Under the pieces are notes generated by a model. The model did not search any database. It was not told the origin of the DNA and worked only from the letters and a program-made list of their open reading frames with translations. The translations under genes were made by a program, and so were the position numbers. A stretch of DNA of 24,000 bases from an uncultured Oscillospiraceae bacterium (lineage in GTDB: Bacteria; Bacillota; Clostridia; Peptostreptococcales; Anaerovoracaceae): NCBI GenBank assembly GCA_964400515.1, contig CAYNTJ010000009.1:59292-83291 (forward strand), in the 5' to 3' direction. Each line of letters opens with the position of its first letter. The first letter of the stretch is position 1. Shown here in pieces: positions 1 to 6,557 of the stretch.

Positions 1-992
1 CTAGTCTGACGGAATGCCTGGGGCGCTTCCGTGTCCTTGGGATCGCCGCTTTCATCCCATGACTTCGGCTCCAGAACATTGATGATAAATTCACCGCTCA
101 TTAGGTCAATGAAACATCCGCCAAGGTTTAAGGTTAGTTCCTCGTACTCCATCTCAGGATCAAGAGCCAGGATATGCATACCTGTTTCCCGCAGGTTGGT
201 CAGGATGAGTTTTAGCAGATAGCTCTTACCCTGGCCGCTGTTTCCGAGGATGAGGATATTGGCGTTGGTCTTGTCATCAGCGCGGCGGTTGAAATCCACG
301 AGTATATTGCTGCCGAACTTATCTCGCCCGATGCAGAAACCATTGGGATCGGTTTTCCCGCTGTAGTTGAAGGGATAGAGGTTTGCAACAGAGCTGGCAG
401 GCAGTACCCGTTCAAACTGATCCCCGAACACGTTCCAGCCAGAAGGCATGACCGAAAGAAATCCCTGCTGCTGACGGAGCAGGAGCCTGTCCACATTGAG
501 CTTGCTCCTGACGAGCTCGGTCAGCACCTCTGTTTGCAGGAGCTTGAGCTGGTCAAGGTCATGGGAGAACAGCTCGATATAAACCGCCGTGTGCAGGAGC
601 GGCTCCTTGCTCCGGTGCATTTGCGCCACGATATTAGCGACATCCTGCAGATTGCTCTCGGCCGTGACCGTCTGCTGGAGGTCCTGGGTGCTGCTTCGCT
701 TCATCCGGTTTTTATTGGCGGCATTGCTGATGATCTTCTTTTCTTCCACGGGGGACACATGCCGGGTATAGATGTGCAGCGTTACGTCGTCCTTTTCGCC
801 TAGGTGCCGCAGGATGGCCTGCTCACTGGTTTCCGTGGGATATTCACGCAAGGCCCACACACAGCGGAAGGTATTGCCGCAGATAAAATGATCTGTGTTG
901 AATTTGACTACGGAGGGCGCGATCATGTCGAGGAATTCCTGAATTCGGATATCCTCCTGCGGCGTGTTCTGTGATTTGTTTTTTCTTGACAT
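1..992 (-). CDS. VirB4-like type IV secretion (conjugation) ATPase, 5' portion; the ORF continues past the left edge of the window
   Basis: Not in the supplied ORF track because there is no in-window stop. Reverse-strand ATG at 992-990 follows an SD-like AAAGGATGG. The translation MSRKNKSQNTPQEDIRIQEFLDMIAPSVVKFNTDHFICGNTFRCVWALREYPTE...FERVLPASSVANLYPFNYSGKTDPNGFCIGRDKFGSNILVDF...ILILGNSGQGKSYLLKLILTNL stays open to position 1. Walker A GNSGQGKS is encoded near 205-240. The layout is typical of VirB4/TrbE-family ATPases. Confidence 0.85.
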   Translation of the reverse strand, partial: MSRKNKSQNTPQEDIRIQEFLDMIAPSVVKFNTDHFICGNTFRCVWALREYPTETSEQAILRHLGEKDDVTLHIYTRHVSPVEEKKIISNAANKNRMKRSSTQDLQQTVTAESNLQDVANIVAQMHRSKEPLLHTAVYIELFSHDLDQLKLLQTEVLTELVRSKLNVDRLLLRQQQGFLSVMPSGWNVFGDQFERVLPASSVANLYPFNYSGKTDPNGFCIGRDKFGSNILVDFNRRADDKTNANILILGNSGQGKSYLLKLILTNLRETGMHILALDPEMEYEELTLNLGGCFIDLMSGEFIINVLEPKSWDESGDPKDTEAPQAFRQT

Positions 993-1020
993 TGGCTTAC
1001 CATCCTTTCCGATTTTGTTT

Positions 1021-1054
1021 GAAAATAAAAAAAGCTGCCAACATTGCGGCAGCT
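1021..1054 (-). terminator. rho-independent terminator-like hairpin directly upstream of the virB4-like start codon
   Basis: Minus strand reads AGCTGCC-GCAATGTT-GGCAGCT followed by TTTTTTTATTTTC. The 7-bp stem arms are 1033-1039 and 1048-1054, and the T-run corresponds to the plus-strand A-run at 1021-1032. Confidence 0.55.
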
Positions 1055-1198
1055 CAAGGATAAATAATTCATTTATAAAGTATTCTATGATACAATAATA
1101 TAGCATTTGTGATATTTGTGAGGGTATTGATAGGTCTAGATATATGTAAGCGTTGGCTTATTGTAGAAATTTATGTAGAAAACAGGAGTTAAACTATC

Positions 1199-2029
1199 GT
1201 GGAATTTATTGAAATATTAAAAGCAATTATTTTAGGCATTGTAGAAGGAATTACCGAATGGCTTCCTATCAGCAGCACCGGACATATGATTCTGGTAAAC
1301 GAATTTTTGCAGCTTAGTATGTCGGATGCCTTTAAGGAATTGTTTCTGGTGGTCATTCAACTTGGCGCCATCCTAGCCGTTGTTGTTCTGTATTGGAGAA
1401 AGTTGTTTCCTGTTTCTATCGGCAAAAAGCCTGTCATACAAAAAGAAATCATTTCTGTTTGGTTGAAAATTCTTGTAGCCTGTGTTCCTGCGGCAATTAT
1501 CGGTTTTCTGTTCGACAACCAGATTGAAGCTCTGTTTTTCAATTATCAAACCGTTTCAATTACTTTAATTGTATATGGAATTCTGTTTATCATCATTGAA
1601 TCAAAGAATAAAAACAGGATATCGCAGATTAATAAGGTTTCACAAATAACCTACAAAAGAGCGCTGCTGATCGGCGTATTTCAATTACTGGCTTTGATAC
1701 CCGGTACTTCACGTTCCGGTGCGACAATTCTTGGCGCCATTTTAATTGGGACTTCCAGAACAGTTGCGGCCGAATTTACTTTTTATCTGGCTGTTCCGGT
1801 GATGGTTGGAGCAAGCTTGCTGAAAATTGTAAAATTCGGGTTTCATTTCACGAGTGCTGAAATTGCCGTTTTAATGACAGGTACAATTGTGGCCTTTATT
1901 GTATCGATACTAGCAATCAAATTCCTTATAGTCTACATAAAAAAACATGATTTCAAAGTGTTCGGATGGTACCGGATTGTATTGGGTATTGCCGTACTCG
2001 CATATTTCTTAGTAAAAACCTTAATATAA
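1199..2029 (+). CDS. uppP: undecaprenyl-diphosphate phosphatase (UppP/BacA family)
   Basis: GTG start at 1199 with AGGAG 9 nt upstream. The 276-aa polytopic membrane protein carries both UppP signature motifs: EWLPISSTGHMIL and LIPGTSRSGATI. The gene is strongly AT-rich compared with the flanking conjugation genes. Confidence 0.95.
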   Translation: MEFIEILKAIILGIVEGITEWLPISSTGHMILVNEFLQLSMSDAFKELFLVVIQLGAILAVVVLYWRKLFPVSIGKKPVIQKEIISVWLKILVACVPAAIIGFLFDNQIEALFFNYQTVSITLIVYGILFIIIESKNKNRISQINKVSQITYKRALLIGVFQLLALIPGTSRSGATILGAILIGTSRTVAAEFTFYLAVPVMVGASLLKIVKFGFHFTSAEIAVLMTGTIVAFIVSILAIKFLIVYIKKHDFKVFGWYRIVLGIAVLAYFLVKTLI

Positions 2030-2118
2030 TCATCCTAGCAGTTAATTTAGCAGTGGATTTCCCACTACTATTCATATTTCAGGATATAGAAAGAATGCGG
2101 ATTAATTATTCTACTGGC

Positions 2119-2700
2119 TTATGCTTTGTTTATTTTCTTTTTATTCAAAAAGCAAAAATCACAGCATTTATTCCCTGTACCCAACGTTCCTGTTCGGATA
2201 AACTTTACTTTTTTCATTGAACCATAAATTACATAGTCTGCATCACAAAAAATTTTGCAAAGTTCAGGACAATCGTTCTCTATACATGTATCATACCAGA
2301 GACATTTTGATATGTTATATTCTATTGATGTGCTATCATTTTTTATCACTTCTGTTACCCAATTATCACTCTTATTAACTGTACCAGACATTATCGTTCT
2401 AAACATATAAAAATATCCAGGTATGAATTCAAACATTGAATACTGCTTTTTCAATTTCGGCCCCACAATAGTGAGCATGTATTTTTCAACAGTATCATAC
2501 GCTTTTTTCTGTTCACCTAATTCCTCTTGCAATACCTTATATAATGAAATCCTTGGAAGAATTGTTTTGGTCAATGTTCTCATCTGATTATTACTTTTTC
2601 CTGTCGTCAACTGAAGTATTGTTTGTAACTTTCTCTGTTGTAAATCATAAATTTTACAGCCTAAACTTTGACCAAATTCATTCGTCAAAAATTGTTGCAT
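2119..2700 (-). CDS. L-2-amino-thiazoline-4-carboxylic acid (ATC) hydrolase-family-like Cys-rich protein
   Basis: 193-aa ORF with SD GAAGGAGAA upstream of the ATG at 2700. The C-terminal Cys-rich block CLWYDTCIENDCPELCKIFCDADYVIYG...FIRTGTLGTGNKCCDFCF matches my recollection of the ATC-hydrolase domain pattern. The family call is from memory and not verified. Confidence 0.55.
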   Translation of the reverse strand: MQQFLTNEFGQSLGCKIYDLQQRKLQTILQLTTGKSNNQMRTLTKTILPRISLYKVLQEELGEQKKAYDTVEKYMLTIVGPKLKKQYSMFEFIPGYFYMFRTIMSGTVNKSDNWVTEVIKNDSTSIEYNISKCLWYDTCIENDCPELCKIFCDADYVIYGSMKKVKFIRTGTLGTGNKCCDFCFLNKKKINKA

Positions 2701-2750
2701 AATGATTCTCCTTCTTTTTCACAAAATAATCACTATTTCGTAAAATAATA

Positions 2751-2861
2751 CTATCGTTCTTGTTTGCTCGGAAATCTGCCTTTCAACCTTTTCTCTGCTT
2801 TTGTTTCTTGGCTTAATGAAAGTAAATCTCCAAACGCTTCTCTATCTTGATGTAGCTTCAT
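2751..2861 (-). pseudogene. truncated remnant of an AbiEii-type nucleotidyltransferase toxin gene (first ~20 codons recognisable)
   Basis: ATG at 2861-2859 overlaps the end of the AbiEi-like gene (gaggtgaaaaATGAAGCTACATCAAGATAG). It translates to MKLHQDREAFGDLLSLSQETKAEKRLKGRFPSKQER*. The start MKLHQDREAF..L resembles the usual AbiEii N-terminus (M.LH...e.F), but the ORF stops after 36 codons instead of about 250-300. Confidence 0.4.
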
Positions 2862-3510
2862 TTTTCACCTCCATGAGTAAATCAATGAGCGGCAGCACTA
2901 TTTTCTGTGAGTAGTATCTGCGCGCTGTGAAGATCAGTGTAAGGCTGTCTAATTGTTGCCTTTTTGCATACTGCAACAGCAACTGCTCCGGGTTTTCCGC
3001 ATCTGTATGCGCATCTAGCAGTTCGTCAAATATATTGATGAACTGAAGGTATTTCCAATTCTCGTCCGTCACAACCGCAGGCGGCTTTCGCACTTTGATA
3101 TGGCAGCCTTCCGGCAGCTTAGCTCCATAACGGTTTGTAGTGATTTCTATGTCACGGGGAATCAGGGTTGTCAGCCCCAGTTTGTTGATCAGGGAAGCCC
3201 CAGATTCATAACCTATTTTTGCGCCATTTTGTATCGTTAGGGTTTTCAACAGTACCTGGTCGATGCTGGGCGTGACCTTCCCAAAAACGGTTTGTTTCAC
3301 ATGGCAGTAGACACCTTTTTGCAGTCGCTCAATTTCGCCCTTGTCCGCCATCCGTTTCAGCTTGACGTTGGTTAAGGTCTTGGCCTGATCATATGGAAGT
3401 GCAAACTTCTCGGCCAACTGCTCCGCAATGTCCTCAGTTTGGATTGCTGCTTCGTAAGGCATGTCTTTGACGGTTTGGGCAATGTGTTCTCCATATCCGG
3501 CCTGTTCCAT
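2842..3510 (-). CDS. AbiEi-antitoxin-like / DUF6088-like putative transcriptional regulator
   Basis: 222-aa ORF with ATG at 3510 preceded by GGGGGGG. The pattern ...RMADKGEIERLQKGVYCHVKQTVFGKVTPSIDQVL...IGYESGASLINKLGLTTLIP... matches the AbiEi/DUF6088 N-terminal winged-helix pattern (KGxIxRxxKGxY...FG...PS...GY.sG....lGLTT). A stub of the cognate toxin gene follows it. Confidence 0.65.
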   Translation of the reverse strand: MEQAGYGEHIAQTVKDMPYEAAIQTEDIAEQLAEKFALPYDQAKTLTNVKLKRMADKGEIERLQKGVYCHVKQTVFGKVTPSIDQVLLKTLTIQNGAKIGYESGASLINKLGLTTLIPRDIEITTNRYGAKLPEGCHIKVRKPPAVVTDENWKYLQFINIFDELLDAHTDAENPEQLLLQYAKRQQLDSLTLIFTARRYYSQKIVLPLIDLLMEVKNEATSR

Positions 3511-3520
3511 ATTCCCCCCC

Positions 3521-3580
3521 TAAAGTGATATTATAGCCATGAAATTTATCTCATATTCTTGCCATCATAATATCACTTTA
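3521..3580. promoter_or_regulatory. perfect 14-bp inverted repeat (candidate operator) overlapping a TATAAT -10 box for the AbiEi-like gene
   Basis: TAAAGTGATATTAT (3521-3534) and ATAATATCACTTTA (3567-3580) are perfect reverse complements separated by 32 bp. On the minus strand a consensus TATAAT (plus-strand 3530-3535) lies 20-25 nt upstream of the ATG at 3510 and overlaps the proximal arm. Confidence 0.5.
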
Positions 3581-3961
3581 TGCACCGAAGGTCAATTTGC
3601 TGTGCCATTTATAAATAATAAATCTAAAATGAAATTTCAACATTGGCATTGGATAATAGCGTTTATCTCTTGACTTTTCTCTCTGTCTGAGCTCATATAT
3701 ACACCAACGGGAATTTCTCGGAAAAATAAAGCGTCATGGCAGGCAGATATGCAGCAACATATCCGCCCTGCACAAGGTGAAGTGACCACCCTGCACAACC
3801 GTTAAAACGGCACCATGACAAGGCTATTTTATCTTGTTTTTTATGGCTGCACAAGGATAAATTTTCGTGCGTGCAAGGGGAACGGGCAAACAAGCCCCGC
3901 CTTTGCATGCGTTTTTATACACAGGGGAATTCCTGACCAAATTATGAAAGGTCGGGATCAT

Positions 3962-4624
3962 ATGAACATTTTTGAAAACCGGAGTAGCTTTATTGGCACC
4001 TTTGAACCGGAGCGTACAAAAAGCTCTGTTCAAAACCTCTTTAAACTTGCAAAAGAAATCCGTGAAAAGCTCGGCAAACAGGGCTATCTTCTTGACAGCT
4101 ATCTATCCCGCGTGCTGGAAGCCGCTAACAACACCTTGCTTTACGAAGCTGCTGAAAAGGGCTTTGAAACAGGTTCTGAGCTTCAAAATCTCTGCTATGC
4201 CGTAATGGATGGCAGCGGAGCTCTAGAGGAACATCCTTTTTATCAAATTGTAAAACAGTCCTTCGAAAAACAGCAGTACACCTATCAGGAAAGAACCACT
4301 GTCATGAGCCTGCACAGCGTCTTATTGGCCGATGCATTTATGGAATATGCCACTCAGTCGTATGTACAGGAACAGGTTGGTTTGTTGAATATCCTAGATG
4401 ATGTAAAGCTGCGCGAACTTTATAAAAAAATCATTTTCCTTGTTGATGAAAACTTGATGGAACAATTAAATCTCGCGCTTAAGGAACGGTTTTTTATTGT
4501 GCCTGTGGTTGCAGGGTTCATGCAGGGACTCACCAACGATCTTTTATACAGTTTGACCTATCGTGACAGTGAAACAAGCAGACAAATATTTCAGTTGATT
4601 ATGGATGCTATGTCTATTGAATAA
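3962..4624 (+). CDS. hypothetical protein (predicted all-helical, about 220 aa)
   Basis: The long plus-strand ORF in the track starts at 3815, but its first ~45 codons are Cys/Arg-rich and look non-coding. Plausible starts are the ATG at 3944 (MKGRDHM...) or the ATG at 3962 (MNIFENRSSF...). No family recognised. Confidence 0.65.
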   Translation: MNIFENRSSFIGTFEPERTKSSVQNLFKLAKEIREKLGKQGYLLDSYLSRVLEAANNTLLYEAAEKGFETGSELQNLCYAVMDGSGALEEHPFYQIVKQSFEKQQYTYQERTTVMSLHSVLLADAFMEYATQSYVQEQVGLLNILDDVKLRELYKKIIFLVDENLMEQLNLALKERFFIVPVVAGFMQGLTNDLLYSLTYRDSETSRQIFQLIMDAMSIE

Positions 4625-4640
4625 TTCATATATGAAAAAG

Positions 4641-4679
4641 GCAACCGGCAAGCCTATGACAGCAGCATTTGCCGGTTGC
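4641..4679. terminator. bidirectional rho-independent terminator between convergent genes
   Basis: An 11-bp perfect stem, GCAACCGGCAA (4641-4651) and TTGCCGGTTGC (4669-4679), is flanked by AAAAAG upstream and TTTCT downstream. The minus-strand reading ends in CTTTTTC. It lies between the stop at 4624 (+) and the stop at 4718 (-). Confidence 0.7.
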
Positions 4680-4717
4680 TTTCTAATGCTGCTTTTCTCT
4701 CTGTAAAAGCGGGAAAA

Positions 4718-5308
4718 TCAGTCATTTAAAATTATCCATCTTTCACCGTCATATTCTTCAAACTTTTCAGTAGTCACGTTCTGCTCAAAATAAATTGCCA
4801 GCAAGCGCTTAATGTCCTGCTTGCCGGCGCGCTTCGTAGAAAAGCCCTGCTCACGCAGGGTTTTTTCTATGCGGTTTAAGTAGGGGAATACCTCGCTTTC
4901 TTTCTCATTTCGGAGCCGAATCACCACCAGGAATTCTCTGGCCGTCGCCATCTGCACCTGTATCCGGTCAAGCTGGGTCAGATCCTGCTCCAGCATCCTT
5001 CTCACTGCAAGGTTACCTTCCTGCTCCAACCGGGTTCTGAGAAACTGCTTGTTGTCCTCAAAGTTCTCCCGGCTGTTCAAGCATAAAAACTCCAGCTCGG
5101 CCATACCCTTGAGCACTGTCATCAATGCGTAGATCCTGGCGGAGATGCTTTCCTCGGAAAGGACGGAAATATTGGTCGGCTTGACGCAGAAGTATACTAA
5201 CTCGTCGCCCCGGTTCGTCGCCAGGCTGTAGTCGGTGACGGCCTTGGTATTGATGAGCTGTCTTGTAAATTGCTTTTGCTTGGCTTTTTTCTTTTCTGTT
5301 TTATTCAT
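4718..5308 (-). CDS. VirB4 N-terminal-domain-like protein (separate ORF or detached 5' part of virB4)
   Basis: The track ORF is trimmed to the ATG at 5308, which overlaps the upstream stop as ATGAATAA. The 196-aa product reads MNKTEKKKAKQKQFTRQLINTKAVTDYSL...LVYFCVKPTNISVLSEESISARIYALMTVLKGM...LDRIQVQMATAREFLVVIRLRNEKE...FEEYDGERWIILND. It directly follows the VirB3-like gene, where virB4 normally begins, and the domain order is collinear with the N-terminus of single-chain VirB4 homologues as I remember them. Confidence 0.7.
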   Translation of the reverse strand: MNKTEKKKAKQKQFTRQLINTKAVTDYSLATNRGDELVYFCVKPTNISVLSEESISARIYALMTVLKGMAELEFLCLNSRENFEDNKQFLRTRLEQEGNLAVRRMLEQDLTQLDRIQVQMATAREFLVVIRLRNEKESEVFPYLNRIEKTLREQGFSTKRAGKQDIKRLLAIYFEQNVTTEKFEEYDGERWIILND

Positions 5309-5570
5309 ACTTGGTGTACCCCCATTCGTAGACCTGCTGTTTCGTAAAGAAAAAGGCGCAGGCATATTTGATAAAGTCGAGGATGCTGGTATCGTCAAAC
5401 CGTATGGTCAGAAACGCATACAGGGCGGTGATGACGATGGGCGGCAGGAAACGGAGCTGAGCCAGCGCAAACACAGAGAGTAAAAGACCGATGCCGATCA
5501 CGCCGATGTCGCGGAGCTGCCACAGCCACAGCACCGCCTTGGATTTCAGGTTGTCAGGGTAAATGTACAT
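5301..5570 (-). CDS. VirB3/PrgI-like small two-TM conjugation membrane protein
   Basis: ATG at 5570 with AAGGAGG 7 nt upstream, 1 nt after the methyltransferase stop. The 89-aa product MYIYPDNLKSKAVLWLWQLRDIGVIGIGLLLSVFALAQLRFLPPIVITALYAFLTIRF... has two hydrophobic helices and sits immediately upstream of virB4. The longer 195-aa track ORF is an artefactual 5' extension. Confidence 0.7.
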   Translation of the reverse strand: MYIYPDNLKSKAVLWLWQLRDIGVIGIGLLLSVFALAQLRFLPPIVITALYAFLTIRFDDTSILDFIKYACAFFFTKQQVYEWGYTKYE

Positions 5571-5571
5571 A

Positions 5572-5739
5572 TCAGGAAGCCTCCTTTTCTTGCTTGAATT
5601 TCTGTAAAAAATAGGCGATCCCCCGGAGCACATGCTCCACACAGGGAATCGCCACACTATTGCCGAGTGCTTTGTACCGGGCGCTGTCCGATGCATCGGG
5701 GATGTCCGTCCAATAATCCGGAAACCCTTGAAGCCGTTC
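5572..5739 (-). pseudogene. detached 3' fragment of the DNA cytosine-5 methyltransferase gene (end of motif IX plus motif X)
   Basis: Translation ...ERLQGFPDYWTDIPDASDSARYKALGNSVAIPCVEHVLRGIAYFLQKFKQEKEAS* contains the C5-MTase motif IX tail (LQGFPD) and motif X (GNSVAIP). It joins in frame to the 11193-13121 ORF across the CCGTTC hexamer. Confidence 0.88.
5734..5739. repeat. junction hexamer CCGTTC (left copy)
   Basis: Identical hexamers at 5734-5739 and 11202-11207 (GAACGG on the coding strand, codons Glu-Arg of ...LECER...) bracket the recombinase element. Confidence 0.85.
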
Positions 5740-5761
5740 ATTTTGTTTAGTTTTTGTGGTG

Positions 5762-5773
5762 TACACGATAGAA
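5762..5773. repeat. subterminal inverted repeat, left copy (TACACGATAGAA)
   Basis: Perfect reverse complement of 11160-11171. It shares the TCGTGTA/TACACGA core with the palindrome at 5797-5820 and with CCGTGTAT at 11180-11187. Confidence 0.8.
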
Positions 5774-5796
5774 TCGCCTCCTGATTATCATGGCTT

Positions 5797-5820
5797 TGAA
5801 TCGTGTACATACACGATTCA
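5797..5820. repeat. 24-bp near-perfect palindrome built from the same TCGTGTA core
   Basis: TGAATCGTGTA-CA-TACACGATTCA has 11-bp arms. No adjacent T-run on either strand, so it is more likely a protein-binding site than a terminator. Confidence 0.7.
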
Positions 5821-5922
5821 AAAAATATTGGTCGAAAAACCGTTTTGTGATGTTTGGTGATAAAAAATACAGCACAGGCCGAGGCCATATGCTGTATTCA
5901 ATGCTGCGGAGATATGGAAATG

Positions 5923-6132
5923 TCATTTCAGAAAATCAGGCAGTTTTGGCGGTGGTGCCGGATTGTCGCGCACAATTTTTCTAATCTGCTCAGCAATATC
6001 CTGCTCAGACCATTCATGCCCATCTCCCGGTTCGGTGCCAAACCGTTCAAGAATAATAGCCTCCTGCTCTTTGGTAAACAAAATGTGCGCGGATTTTTCC
6101 CAAGCCCTCAGCTTTTTCCTGTTCAATATCAT
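5923..6132 (-). CDS. small hypothetical protein of the recombinase element (69 aa)
   Basis: The ATG at 6132 overlaps the upstream stop as ATGA. The product MILNRKKLRAWEKSAHILFTKEQEAIILERFG...PAPPPKLPDFLK matches no family I recognise. The coding call rests on operon coupling. Confidence 0.5.
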   Translation of the reverse strand: MILNRKKLRAWEKSAHILFTKEQEAIILERFGTEPGDGHEWSEQDIAEQIRKIVRDNPAPPPKLPDFLK

Positions 6133-6557
6133 TTTCGCTCACCCCCTCCTTGAAGCCGCATTCCACGCTGCATAAGGGAATGAAGTTCCCCCCGCAGCAG
6201 CTCACATTCAGAACGCAATTCCTGTACAGTTTCACGCAATTGAATATTTGCAGACTTAAGATCGCTTTCCCGGCGCTTGGATTTCTCCAATTGCAGGAGT
6301 AGCTTCGCATATTGACTCTCCAGCGTCCCTTCGGATACAGTCTTTGCAGGGATATGGAAGAGTTCCTCATCCATCAAGGCTTTCACGTGCGGCTTGCTGA
6401 ATACCGAACGTGAAAGCCCCGTCCGTTCGCATAAGCGTTTTATGGTAACCGGACACCCTTCCGCCTTCAGCTCCTGTATCGTGCTTTTAACAGCGGATAT
6501 CGTTTGTTCACGCTGCTTTTGCTGTAGATTGAGCAGGGAATCAGGAATTTTTCTCAT
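6129..6557 (-). CDS. TnpC-like (Tn554 TnpC / DUF6262-like) accessory protein
   Basis: 142 aa. The N-terminal segment ...REQTISAVKSTIQELKAEGCPVTIKRLCERTGLSRSVFSK... is HTH-like, followed by a coiled-coil tail (LLLQLEKSKRRESDLKSANIQLRETVQELRSECELLRGEL). This is the same layout I recall for Tn554 TnpC. It overlaps the stop of the third recombinase. Confidence 0.6.
   Translation of the reverse strand: MRKIPDSLLNLQQKQREQTISAVKSTIQELKAEGCPVTIKRLCERTGLSRSVFSKPHVKALMDEELFHIPAKTVSEGTLESQYAKLLLQLEKSKRRESDLKSANIQLRETVQELRSECELLRGELHSLMQRGMRLQGGGERK

Noticed and set aside
212-803. Track ORFs 212-496 (-), 534-803 (+) and 589-771 (+) as separate small genes
   Set aside because: They lie in wrong frames or antisense to the continuous VirB4-like reading frame (1-992, minus strand), which contains the Walker A motif. 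Their sequences are low-complexity Ser/Cys/Arg/Leu-rich.
3693-4033. Minus-strand ORFs 3693-3908 and 3824-4033, and the 3815 start of the plus-strand ORF
   Set aside because: They lie in the non-coding interval between divergent genes, have no SD, and have Cys/Arg/His-rich composition. They overlap one another in incompatible ways.
5797-5820. The palindrome as a rho-independent terminator for the recombinase operon
   Set aside because: No T-run follows the stem on the minus strand. The arms share the TCGTGTA core found at both element ends, so a recombinase-binding role is more likely.
5301-5888. 195-aa ORF spanning the VirB3-like gene, the MTase fragment and the element end
   Set aside because: The 5' part is an out-of-frame read-through of the MTase C-terminal fragment and non-coding element DNA. 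A strong SD and ATG at 5570 give the 89-aa two-TM protein.
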